From Patescibacteria group bacterium (lineage in GTDB: Bacteria > Patescibacteriota > Minisyncoccia > Phycocordibacterales > UBA1550), in assembly GCA_038057125.1 (NCBI GenBank), contig JBBUDU010000006.1, positions 1-43,074 of the forward strand: a stretch of 43,074 bases of DNA, given 5' to 3'. How positions within the stretch are numbered: the first letter of the stretch is position 1; every line of letters starts with the position of its first letter. The position numbers were made by a program, and so were the translations under genes. The notes below the pieces were generated by a model that was given only the letters and a program-made list of their open reading frames with translations, was not told where the DNA came from and made no database searches. Positions 29,148-37,829 of the stretch are shown here, piece after piece.

Positions 29148-29747
29148 TTAAATAGCGCCAATTAGGTACACGAAAGTGAAAATAAATATCCAGACAATAT
29201 ACAGAAAGTGCCAAAACAAGCCCAGAGCGGCTATTTTATTTACGGTCCTTTCTGTAATACCGTGGCGAATCACCTGCGCCGTGATACTCCCCATCCAGAG
29301 TAGGCCTGCCGTAACATGAAGCCCGTGCGTCCCAACAAGTGTAAAAAATGCTGACAAGAAGCCGCTTCTCTGAAAACCTGCGCCCTCTTGAAACAATTTT
29401 GTGAACTCAAACACTTCCATCGCCAAAAACAGAACGCCCAGCAAAAATGTAATCGCAAGCCAAAAAATCACCTTGCGTTTGCAGTTTTCTTCGTTCCTAT
29501 GATGATGTGCATGCAGTGACGCGAGTCCATAAGTGAAGCTACTCGCAAGCAATATGAGCGTTTCCACCAAAACAAACGGCATACTAAACAAGTCACCGGC
29601 AGACGGTCCACCAAAAGTATTGTTTTGAAGCACCGCGTATGTCGCAAAAATGCTTGCAAACAAAAGAGCGTCGCTCATAATGTACGCCCAAAATCCAAAA
29701 AGGTTTCTGGCTCCGGCATTATGATGAATTAAAGTTTCTTTGGTCAT
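29148..29747 (-). CDS. cyoC: Cytochrome bo3 ubiquinol oxidase subunit III
   Basis: FGFW.YIMSD, SAFFTLVGTHGLHV, FWHFL. Confidence 0.95.
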   Translation of the reverse strand: MTKETLIHHNAGARNLFGFWAYIMSDALLFASIFATYAVLQNNTFGGPSAGDLFSMPFVLVETLILLASSFTYGLASLHAHHHRNEENCKRKVIFWLAITFLLGVLFLAMEVFEFTKLFQEGAGFQRSGFLSAFFTLVGTHGLHVTAGLLWMGSITAQVIRHGITERTVNKIAALGLFWHFLYIVWIFIFTFVYLIGAI

Positions 29748-29748
29748 G

Positions 29749-31707
29749 TTATTTTGTTCGCGCTTTTTCTATTTTCGCAACTTTCGCCGCCGGCACATAG
29801 TAGTCGGTATCGTAATCAAACGAACGAATAATTACCAATGCGACAATGCCAAATATTCCCATTGCCGCAAGCCACCAAATATGCCAAATTAAACTGAAAC
29901 CCAAAAGGAAACCTGCGCACGCAATATAAAGTCCCATCGCGGTGTTTCTCGGCATATGAATATCTTCATAGCTCGGCTTCTCTTGTGGCACTCCAACCCC
30001 GTGCTTCATGTCCCAAAACGGGTGGCGTCCGTGGACTGTGGGGATAATTGCGAAATTGTAAAACGGCGGAGGCGATGATGTCGACCATTCCAATGTCCTG
30101 CCGTTCCACGGATCACCAGTCACATCTAAATTCTTTTTGCGGTCCCTGATACTTATGATAAATTGCAAAATTTGAAGCACAACACCGATGCCGATGATTG
30201 CCACTCCCGCCATAGAGACATACAAAAGTGGTTCCCATCCGGTACCTGCATCAATGTGGCTCAGGCGGCGCGTCATCCCCATAAGACCAAGGATATAAAG
30301 CGGAACAAAAGCAACAAAGAAACCGACAATCCAATGCCAGAAGGCGGCTTTGCCCAAGCGTTCATTAAGCTTGAAGCCGAAAATTTTTGGAAACCAGTAT
30401 GTAATACCCGCAAAATACCCAAATACCACGCCGCCGATAATAGTATTATGAAAATGCGCTATCAAAAATAAACTATTGTGAAGCTGGAAGTCGGCTACCG
30501 GTACCGAAAGGAGGACGCCTGTCATTCCACCAATAGTAAAAGTAAAAATGAAACCGATAGTCCAAAGCATTGGCGAAGCAAAAATGATGCGCCCGCGGAA
30601 CATTGTGAAAAGCCAGTTGAATACTTTTACACCTGTGGGGATGGCAATAATCATCGTCATAATGCCAAAGAAAGCATTTACATTCGCGCCGGCTCCCATC
30701 GTAAAAAAATGATGCGCCCAAACCAGAAATGAGAAGAATGTTATGGCGACAGTCGCCCATATCATTGTGGTATATCCAAAAAGTTTCTTCTGCGAAAAAG
30801 CGGAGACCACTTCAGAAAAAATGCCGAATGCAGGAAGAACGAGAACATACACTTCTGGATGACCCCACGCCCAAATAAGGTTCACATACATCATCGCATT
30901 ACCGCCGAAATCCGATGTGAAGAAATGCATGCCAAGAAGTCGGTCGAGGGATAGCATGCCGAGCGTTGCGGTGAGGATTGGGAAAATAATAATAACAAGC
31001 GCCACAGAAGAAAAAGCTGTCCATACAAACACGGGCATTCTCATTAGCGTCATCCCCGGACAGCGCATCATAAGAATAGTCACAAAAAAGTTGATGCCCG
31101 AAATCAAGCTCCCAACTCCGGCAATCTGCAAAGCCCAAATATAATAGTCCACCCCCACACCGGGGCTATACACTATCCCAGAAAGCGGCGGGTACGCGAG
31201 CCATCCTGTTGCCGCAAATTCACCCACGACGAGAGAAAGGTTCACGAGTACGGCTCCCGCGACGGTGAGCCAGAGGCTCATAGAATTGAGAAATGGATAC
31301 GCAACATCGCGCGCTCCTATTTGGAGCGGCACAACCAAGTTGAACAAACCAAACATGAGTGGCATCGCCACGAAGAAAATCATAATCACGCCGTGCGCAG
31401 TAAATATTTGGTCGTAGTGTTCCGGTGGTAAAAAACCGGTTGAATCTCCCACAGACAAAACTTGTTGCAAGCGCATCATTATCGCGTCAGAAAAACCTCG
31501 GAGAATCATCACAAACGCGAGGATGATATACATAACTCCAATCTTTTTGTGGTCAACGGATGTGAGCCATTCCGTCCAAAGCCATTTCCACTTTTTGAAA
31601 TAGGTCAATAAACCGACAATCGTCGCTATGGAAAGAATCATCAAAGCCCCGCCACCAATCGTAATCGGGTCAGTCGGAATCGCAGAGAAGGTTAAATTTC
31701 CAAGCAT
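29749..31707 (-). CDS. cyoB: Cytochrome bo3 ubiquinol oxidase subunit I
   Basis: [51 protein letters not shown]. Confidence 0.98.
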   Translation of the reverse strand: MLGNLTFSAIPTDPITIGGGALMILSIATIVGLLTYFKKWKWLWTEWLTSVDHKKIGVMYIILAFVMILRGFSDAIMMRLQQVLSVGDSTGFLPPEHYDQIFTAHGVIMIFFVAMPLMFGLFNLVVPLQIGARDVAYPFLNSMSLWLTVAGAVLVNLSLVVGEFAATGWLAYPPLSGIVYSPGVGVDYYIWALQIAGVGSLISGINFFVTILMMRCPGMTLMRMPVFVWTAFSSVALVIIIFPILTATLGMLSLDRLLGMHFFTSDFGGNAMMYVNLIWAWGHPEVYVLVLPAFGIFSEVVSAFSQKKLFGYTTMIWATVAITFFSFLVWAHHFFTMGAGANVNAFFGIMTMIIAIPTGVKVFNWLFTMFRGRIIFASPMLWTIGFIFTFTIGGMTGVLLSVPVADFQLHNSLFLIAHFHNTIIGGVVFGYFAGITYWFPKIFGFKLNERLGKAAFWHWIVGFFVAFVPLYILGLMGMTRRLSHIDAGTGWEPLLYVSMAGVAIIGIGVVLQILQFIISIRDRKKNLDVTGDPWNGRTLEWSTSSPPPFYNFAIIPTVHGRHPFWDMKHGVGVPQEKPSYEDIHMPRNTAMGLYIACAGFLLGFSLIWHIWWLAAMGIFGIVALVIIRSFDYDTDYYVPAAKVAKIEKARTK

Positions 31708-31720
31708 AGTTATTTATAAA

Positions 31721-32587
31721 TTACATATCCATCTCTGGGGTCATATACTTCATTATTATCATAGTATACAACTTTTCCGCGACAGACGAATAATACGCCA
31801 CCTCATTATTCCTGCTCTTTTTTGCGAGCTTGTTATATTCATCAAGACTTAACGCATTCGGCGACTGCCGTACTTCTTTCACCCATTTATCAAACTCCTC
31901 CTTCGAAGTTGCCTTTGCGATAAACTTCATACCAGAAAAACCAAAACCGCTGTAGTTTGCAGACACACCGGCATACTCCCCTTCCTCGTTCGACACAATG
32001 TGAAGCTTGGTGTCCATTCCAGCCATAGCATAAATCTGCCCCGCGAGCTGTGGAATCCAAAATGAATTCATTGGCGCATCGGCAGTTATTTTAAAATTGA
32101 CCGGCGTGTCTTTCGGAAACTGCACAAAATTTACCGTAGCGATATTTTGCTCCGGATAAATAAACAGCCACTTCCAGTCGAGCGCGACGACCTGTATCGT
32201 GATAGGCGGAACATTTGAAACAATCGGTTTGTACGGGTCGAGCTCATGGCTGCTCGTCCATGTTATCCCCGCTATGATGGAAATGATTATTATTGGAATA
32301 GTCCACCAGATTATTTCGAGAGCTCTATTGCTGTGCCAATCGGGAGTGTATTTTGCTTTTGTATTACTTGCTCGATATCTCCACACAAAAACCGCAAGTA
32401 GTACAAACACTGGAATAACCACAATAAGCATGAGGAGCGTCGTCGTGATAATGAGATTCATTTCCGCGAGCGCGATTATTCCCTTTGGGTTAAACACTCC
32501 CATATTGTGACTGCCAATATAAGCGCCAAAAAAGATTGTGAGTCCAACAACTGCAGCCACGAAAATCACGCGCATAATCTTTTTCAT
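31721..32587 (-). CDS. cyoA: Cytochrome bo3 ubiquinol oxidase subunit II
   Basis: NPKG, two TMs, LDWKWLFIYP, MNSFWIPQL.GQIYAM, SANYSG (no CuA cysteines). Confidence 0.96.
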   Translation of the reverse strand: MKKIMRVIFVAAVVGLTIFFGAYIGSHNMGVFNPKGIIALAEMNLIITTTLLMLIVVIPVFVLLAVFVWRYRASNTKAKYTPDWHSNRALEIIWWTIPIIIISIIAGITWTSSHELDPYKPIVSNVPPITIQVVALDWKWLFIYPEQNIATVNFVQFPKDTPVNFKITADAPMNSFWIPQLAGQIYAMAGMDTKLHIVSNEEGEYAGVSANYSGFGFSGMKFIAKATSKEEFDKWVKEVRQSPNALSLDEYNKLAKKSRNNEVAYYSSVAEKLYTMIIMKYMTPEMDM

Positions 32588-32608
32588 CTCGTTAGAAGTT
32601 TAGAAATA

Positions 32609-32650
32609 TTTTAGCACACTATAAGAGCCTGCTCAACATGAGATGTTGAG
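32609..32650 (-). promoter_or_regulatory. Putative cyo promoter overlapped by an inverted repeat
   Basis: TTGAGC-17-TAAAAT with extended TG; CTCAACAT-gag-ATGTTGAG (32632-32650) overlaps the -35 and may be an upstream terminator or an operator. Confidence 0.5.
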
Positions 32651-32664
32651 AAAGCTTTTACCAA

Positions 32665-32937
32665 CTACCACTTATTTGGGTCCTTTCCGTCTATTCCTTC
32701 TCGCCAATCATTTTCTCCCTTTTTCCCTCTAGCTAGATTTTCTATTCCACCAATCCCCAAAGCTGTACTCATCTTTTGAGCGCCAATACTTTTTGTAGGC
32801 GTTTTTGATTTTTGAAGTTCCATCTCAACCTTTTTCTTAAGTTCTTCTAAAAATTCAGGGCTAAATTTCCCTTCGAGTGTTACCTCTGGTGATTTTTGAG
32901 GGTTTTCTCCTTCGAATTTTGGTTGAATATTATTCAT
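32665..32937 (-). CDS. Small hypothetical charged protein
   Basis: 90-aa ORF filling the gap, with an A/T-rich upstream region. Confidence 0.65.
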   Translation of the reverse strand: MNNIQPKFEGENPQKSPEVTLEGKFSPEFLEELKKKVEMELQKSKTPTKSIGAQKMSTALGIGGIENLARGKKGENDWREGIDGKDPNKW

Positions 32938-33027
32938 ATTATTATTGCTTAATTACCTTGGTTCTAATTATCTCACATGAGGAATACAAAGTAAAGGGGA
33001 TACTTTTATCGCTTCCTGCGACTGATA

Positions 33028-33055
33028 TTGACAATATAAAATAATAGTGTATAAT
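33028..33055 (+). promoter_or_regulatory. Consensus sigma70 promoter for the secreted-protein cassette
   Basis: TTGACA-16-TATAAT. Confidence 0.8.
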
Positions 33056-33120
33056 TCCCGCAGTAATTGTTATTTCACAAATTAAGGTAGGTACCAGATA
33101 ACTCAAAAAGGAGGCAGTTG

Positions 33121-33747
33121 ATGAAAAAGCATCTGTATGGATTTGCATTTCTTTTCTTGCTGATTCAAGCTTTTTCCACGGCATATGCCGCGGAAAGAGG
33201 CTTTTTGATGAAAGAAAATTGTGTATGGGAACACCCGGGAGAAGAGCCTTCCAAGTGGGGTAATGAGGATGCGCTTCGCGCACTTCGTATCCCCGAGGAA
33301 ACGATCGAGCGATTCGTCACGCGCATACAAAAGGACCAGCCAGACGGCTGGGTTGATATCTCGCCAAAACAAGGCGTGGTACGACAACAGTTTGGCGACA
33401 TGCCGGAGCGTTTTACCATTGACGGAATGGTCTTTGGAAAGCAGAAGGTGTGCCGAGGTGTTTTACCAGCTTGGGCCGACATCAACCGAAAAGAGAAAGC
33501 TCGATTGTATGCTGAGCAAGATAAAAATGGCAGCATTGTATATATTGCCATCCCAACGGTATGTAACAACATAACCAGGCTCTCGTTGGCTAAAAGACAG
33601 GGGCTCATCGTTTTGGCAACATACGAGGGGCCTCATACAAAAACCGCAACAACTAAGAGGAGAGTTCCAAAAAACATAGTGACGGATTCAAATGGCGACC
33701 CAGTTACAGATTCAAGCGGTAAATACATCACAACGTACACATACTAA
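33121..33747 (+). CDS. Secreted hypothetical protein
   Basis: SD AAGGAGG; signal peptide (AYA-A); three Cys including the IPTVCNNI motif. Confidence 0.82.
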   Translation: MKKHLYGFAFLFLLIQAFSTAYAAERGFLMKENCVWEHPGEEPSKWGNEDALRALRIPEETIERFVTRIQKDQPDGWVDISPKQGVVRQQFGDMPERFTIDGMVFGKQKVCRGVLPAWADINRKEKARLYAEQDKNGSIVYIAIPTVCNNITRLSLAKRQGLIVLATYEGPHTKTATTKRRVPKNIVTDSNGDPVTDSSGKYITTYTY

Positions 33748-33767
33748 CCTAAACAAGGAGAGCATCG

Positions 33768-34766
33768 GTGACAAAAACAAAATGTATTTCCGGCCTTATC
33801 GCTGTATGTATGTTCATGGGTAGCACACTGGCCTTTGCAACAGGCAAAGACAAACATCATCATGGTGGTCATCACAACAGTAGCCTAAGTGCCAACGCGA
33901 ATGCGGAGGCAACGGCAACTGTTGATATAGACAACACAAATGTAAACGTGAATGTGAACGAGAACAACAACACGAACACAAATACCAACAGTAACAGCAA
34001 CACGAATACCAACGACAACAGGAGCTCCTCAACTGTCGGCAATATCAGTATGACCGTTGAGCGAGCATTACCTGCGGCAAATCTGCCGTTTGTCCCAAGT
34101 GCTGTACCGCAACTTTCAAGCGGTGGCACGGTTGGGCAAGGCACCACGCTTCCCGCTAATGCTCTGGGTGTCAACATGACACTCACATATCTGAAAAATT
34201 GTCAGCCGGAGTTTACCGGTAATGACGATATGGATGATATTGTAAAAAAGGGCGGTTCCGGAATGACCACAGTCACCTTCACACCGCACTCAAACTTCAG
34301 TAAGGGATCGAAGGAGTCAATCGGAAAAGCAATCGTCGCCATGCCTCCCAATACCACATACGCTGATTTTTACGTATGTCTCGGTATTATCAAAACGGAA
34401 GCAATTCCCAAAAAGGCAGGACTTGCTCAATTGGGAACAATCATCAACGATACTGGAGCGTTCGCGGCAAAATACCTGAAGGGCGGTTACAAAGAAGTGT
34501 ACTTGGTCACCGTTCCAAAAGCGATTGCCACCAACATGGGTGCAACAAGCAATGGAAGCGGGCTAGGTGTTGCTCCCGGTGGCACTAATGTTATGGGAGG
34601 AAATACACTCCTTAGTCTCGGCGGTGTCTTTAATGACAGCAGTGGGTACACATTCCCATCCGCACAGATCGGCGTCACCTTCCTTGTTCTTGCGAAAAAG
34701 GAAAAAGATACGAGTGCCGATGTGACTGTACACAAGGTGGATGTGGGTTCCCTTCTTACTCCGTAA
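33768..34766 (+). CDS. Secreted hypothetical protein with a His patch and an Asn-rich alternating repeat
   Basis: SD AAGGAG, GTG start, signal peptide (AFA-T), KHHHGGHH, NTNVNVNVNENNNTNTNTNSNSNTNTNDN. Confidence 0.85.
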   Translation: MTKTKCISGLIAVCMFMGSTLAFATGKDKHHHGGHHNSSLSANANAEATATVDIDNTNVNVNVNENNNTNTNTNSNSNTNTNDNRSSSTVGNISMTVERALPAANLPFVPSAVPQLSSGGTVGQGTTLPANALGVNMTLTYLKNCQPEFTGNDDMDDIVKKGGSGMTTVTFTPHSNFSKGSKESIGKAIVAMPPNTTYADFYVCLGIIKTEAIPKKAGLAQLGTIINDTGAFAAKYLKGGYKEVYLVTVPKAIATNMGATSNGSGLGVAPGGTNVMGGNTLLSLGGVFNDSSGYTFPSAQIGVTFLVLAKKEKDTSADVTVHKVDVGSLLTP

Positions 34767-34786
34767 ATACTTAATTTGTACATTTC

Positions 34787-34817
34787 AACCGCTTTGGCAC
34801 AACCAAAGCGGTTTTTT
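34787..34817 (+). terminator. Intrinsic terminator
   Basis: AACCGCTTTGG-cacaa-CCAAAGCGGTT followed by a T tract. Confidence 0.88.
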
Positions 34818-34957
34818 CTTGTGTGAATGAAGCCTTCTTTTCGTCGACCCCAAAATCTTGACATTTTTAGCATTGTGTAGTAAGTTGGAAATAGACGTTC
34901 CTGCGTCTTGTGTTGGATACCAACACAAAACAATACAAAACCCAAAAGGAGAAGCGA

Positions 34958-35599
34958 ATGAAAGCGTTTTTTAGCGCAGTACTGGTGGTTCTGGCATTGT
35001 ATATGCCGGTTACCGCCACGGCGAATGAACTCACGGATTCCATTGAATTCATTCATGGTCTTCAGGTCGGCTATGCCAAATACAGTTTTCACGACTGTAC
35101 TCCGAACTGTGCCGGACCGGATAATTTTGCCGGAAAGGTAGCTGGTATGACCGAAACGCTTTACTGGAAGACGAAGTACAAGCTGGAGCCCGGCGTCCAA
35201 GTTGGATTCCTCCGGACAACGGCGATGCACATTCATGACCCGGGCGAAATCAACGACCAGCTCATGTATGCGCTTGCAATAGTGCGCATGCCGCTCACGA
35301 GTAAAATGACCGGCTATGCCGGAGGTGGCATCGGTTCACAGTTTACCCAAATTGTGTTGCCGAATCATCAACTGGCGGAATGCAATCACGGCGCGTATGT
35401 AGCCAAGGTTGGCATGGAGTACATGATGACCAAACGGGTGGGAGTTGGTCTCGAATATATGTATGCAAAAGTGCCGCACAAGTTCGGAGGCGAAGAACAC
35501 GGATCCGGGGACGAAGAACACGGAGAAATGGCCACGGAAAAGGTCTTTTTGGACCAAAAAATGCACACGGTTTTGGCGACAGTGTCGTTTCGTTTCTAA
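34958..35599 (+). CDS. Outer-membrane beta-barrel-like protein (8-stranded OmpA-TM/OmpW-like)
   Basis: SD AAGGAG; signal peptide; amphipathic strands GYAGGGIG and AKVGMEYMMTKRVGVGLEYMY; terminal VLATVSFRF ending in Phe. Upstream TTGACA at 34858. Confidence 0.75.
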   Translation: MKAFFSAVLVVLALYMPVTATANELTDSIEFIHGLQVGYAKYSFHDCTPNCAGPDNFAGKVAGMTETLYWKTKYKLEPGVQVGFLRTTAMHIHDPGEINDQLMYALAIVRMPLTSKMTGYAGGGIGSQFTQIVLPNHQLAECNHGAYVAKVGMEYMMTKRVGVGLEYMYAKVPHKFGGEEHGSGDEEHGEMATEKVFLDQKMHTVLATVSFRF

Positions 35600-35629
35600 A
35601 ACTCCGAAGTCGCATTGAGTGCTGAGTAC

Positions 35630-35662
35630 AACACCACCTTGAGAAATCGAGGTGGTGTTTTT
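35630..35662 (+). terminator. Intrinsic terminator after the beta-barrel gene
   Basis: AACACCACCTTGA-gaaa-TCGAGGTGGTGTT followed by TTT. Confidence 0.85.
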
Positions 35663-35718
35663 AATTCACACATTTCACTAATTCTCACGATAGCGAGAAT
35701 TAGTGAAATGTGTGAATT
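35663..35718. repeat. 24-bp perfect inverted repeat
   Basis: AATTCACACATTTCACTAATTCTC-acgatagc-GAGAATTAGTGAAATGTGTGAATT. Confidence 0.9.
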
Positions 35719-35733
35719 CTTTATTAGTGGTAC

Positions 35734-35997
35734 TTATGCAGAAGTATGAACCTTGTTCCACACAATGGCGACAATATTTCCGACAACATAGCCGAGCACA
35801 GCAGTGAATATAATGAGTGTCCCTGATGCCACAACATCAAATTGCCCGACGACTGGCGGGGTTTGAACCATATGCGCCCAGAAAATAAAATTAACGATTG
35901 GCTGACTCCAACCGAGAAGCACGAATAACGACCAAACAATATGCCCACCTCCGAAGAGTACCGCGAACACCAACCCAACTTTATTTGTATTTATCAT
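35734..35997 (-). CDS. Small integral membrane protein
   Basis: 87 aa with two hydrophobic segments; G..H..WS and W.HM motifs. Confidence 0.8.
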   Translation of the reverse strand: MINTNKVGLVFAVLFGGGHIVWSLFVLLGWSQPIVNFIFWAHMVQTPPVVGQFDVVASGTLIIFTAVLGYVVGNIVAIVWNKVHTSA

Positions 35998-36027
35998 AGA
36001 TTAAGTATACTCCGCTCAGAAAAAATA

Positions 36028-37095
36028 CTACCCAAAAGTGAAGGTGAAAGCATCTAAAACTCCTCCCACAGGCACTTTAATCATAAGTGTATGTTCACCA
36101 GACTCGGTATCTTCAATAATTGGGTACAGCTTTTCACCTTCAACAAGAACGTATTTCAGAAATTTTCCATCTCGAAAAATTTCAATATTAGTCCCTGTTC
36201 CACCATTTGCTACTATGAAGATATCCTTTGCCTTGTATTTGAACACTATCGTGCCACCGCCTTTATTTTCGGAAGACTCGGCATCAATAGCCCAGCTTCC
36301 TCCGAGATAAAGCTTGTTTAGTTTTATTTCAGACGGAATAGTAAGTGTCTGGCTACCAAGTACGCCGGGTTTTCCATTCTCAAGATATTCATTGCGTGAA
36401 GCGCCAAAATAAATTTCTGGACTACCAACTAAAGATTTTGGAGCAACATTCTTTCCTGTCGCACCAGATCCCCACGCTGATGTATTTACCTCTATCCCAA
36501 GACGCTTACCTCTTTCGAGAAGAGCTTTCTGTATTGCAAGCTCAGTTTCATCGTATGCGCCTTCGCCGGCGTGGTCATACACAATGTACCCGTCAATATC
36601 AATGAGGTATTTACGCGGCCAGTAACGATTTTTGTAGGCATTCCATGTTGAAAAGTCGTTATCCAAAACAACCGGGTACTTTATACCGAAACCCATTGTT
36701 GCTTTCTCAACATTTTTCTGTATCCTCTCAAACGCAAACTCGGGCGTATGGAGTCCAATGATTACAAGTCCTTCATCCTCATATTTTTTATGCAACTCAT
36801 TCAATACCGGTATCGTTCTCTGGCAATTGATACAGCTGTATGTCCAAATATCCAGTAGGACAACTTTTTTACCTTTGAACTCGCTAATAGAAATCGGTTT
36901 CCCGTCTGTGTTAATAAATCCATCCGGAGTACTTATGTCTGGAGCGACAGTAAACATTTCTTTCTTTTTATCTTCGCTCTGGAAAACAGCGTTTGTCGAT
37001 TTTTCTTTCTCCTTAGGAGGAGCAGCCACATAAATGTACCCTGCAAATCCAAACACAGAAAGAACAATAAACCCAATAATTATTTCTGGTTTCAT
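36028..37095 (-). CDS. Membrane-anchored DipZ-like redoxin (TlpA-type thioredoxin plus C-terminal beta domain)
   Basis: TM; DIWTYSCINC, HTPEFAFE, NRYWP, SPEIY.G, FTFG end. Start placed at MKPEII. Confidence 0.92.
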   Translation of the reverse strand: MKPEIIIGFIVLSVFGFAGYIYVAAPPKEKEKSTNAVFQSEDKKKEMFTVAPDISTPDGFINTDGKPISISEFKGKKVVLLDIWTYSCINCQRTIPVLNELHKKYEDEGLVIIGLHTPEFAFERIQKNVEKATMGFGIKYPVVLDNDFSTWNAYKNRYWPRKYLIDIDGYIVYDHAGEGAYDETELAIQKALLERGKRLGIEVNTSAWGSGATGKNVAPKSLVGSPEIYFGASRNEYLENGKPGVLGSQTLTIPSEIKLNKLYLGGSWAIDAESSENKGGGTIVFKYKAKDIFIVANGGTGTNIEIFRDGKFLKYVLVEGEKLYPIIEDTESGEHTLMIKVPVGGVLDAFTFTFG

Positions 37096-37096
37096 T

Positions 37097-37828
37097 TTAT
37101 TTATTCTTCTCAAGAAGCAGGAGTTCAATCTTAGTTACATCAAGAAACCCAGCATCGAGAATCGAAATCTGAAGAGTTTTATCATAGCCGGTAATAATAC
37201 CAATGGCGACCACGATAAAGATGACTCCCAGTGTACGCTTGAACCACCCCCTTGGATCCGCCGCGATGCCTAGGCGCACCATAATATTTTGCCCAGCAAA
37301 CGCAACGAGCAAAAGCGCGATACAAAGACCGACTGCGTAGGTAAGCAAATAGATAATACCGAGCACTGGTTGCGCAGGAAGAACAGTCGCAAGAATCACA
37401 AAGTATGTGGGGCTACATGCAGAGAAAATTGGGCCAAGCGACGCTCCTACAATGACGTCTCCCCAAAAACTTTTCTTTTGCAACCCTTTCGTCATAGCCT
37501 CGTTTGACTTGCGGCTAATACTCGACATGAGTGACATACGCTCCCATAGTCCAGGGAACAAGGTTACTAACCCAAATACAAGGATGATTCCGCCAGACGC
37601 CCATCTCCAGAAATCTTGAGGAATATCAATAAAAAGCGTGCTTGCCTTTAATAGCAGTGTAAATGCAATAACCGAAACCCCGAGAGAGACCACTACAACA
37701 ATAGCTCTTTTTTTGCTTGGCTTGTCGCCATCAAGAGACCCTCCCACAATAACAGGCAGAAGAGGCAATATACACGGCGCGAGAATCGTGAGTACGCCAG
37801 CAATGAATGATATTAATAGGAGTGTCAT
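37097..37828 (-). CDS. CcdA/DsbD-beta transmembrane electron transporter
   Basis: AGVLTILAPCILPLLP and FSACSP; about six TMs. Confidence 0.92.
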   Translation of the reverse strand: MTLLLISFIAGVLTILAPCILPLLPVIVGGSLDGDKPSKKRAIVVVVSLGVSVIAFTLLLKASTLFIDIPQDFWRWASGGIILVFGLVTLFPGLWERMSLMSSISRKSNEAMTKGLQKKSFWGDVIVGASLGPIFSACSPTYFVILATVLPAQPVLGIIYLLTYAVGLCIALLLVAFAGQNIMVRLGIAADPRGWFKRTLGVIFIVVAIGIITGYDKTLQISILDAGFLDVTKIELLLLEKNK

Positions 37829-37829
37829 T

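Noticed and set aside
33930-34020. CRISPR or tandem DNA repeat
   Set aside because: It is low-complexity Asn codons within a CDS, with no repeat-spacer periodicity.
34487-35236. 249-aa minus-strand ORF
   Set aside because: It is antisense to two well-signalled plus-strand genes and crosses their terminator and promoter.
37097-37828. Cytochrome c maturation role for CcdA
   Set aside because: No ccsA/resB or c-type cytochrome gene is nearby; the context points to Msr/thioredoxin recycling.
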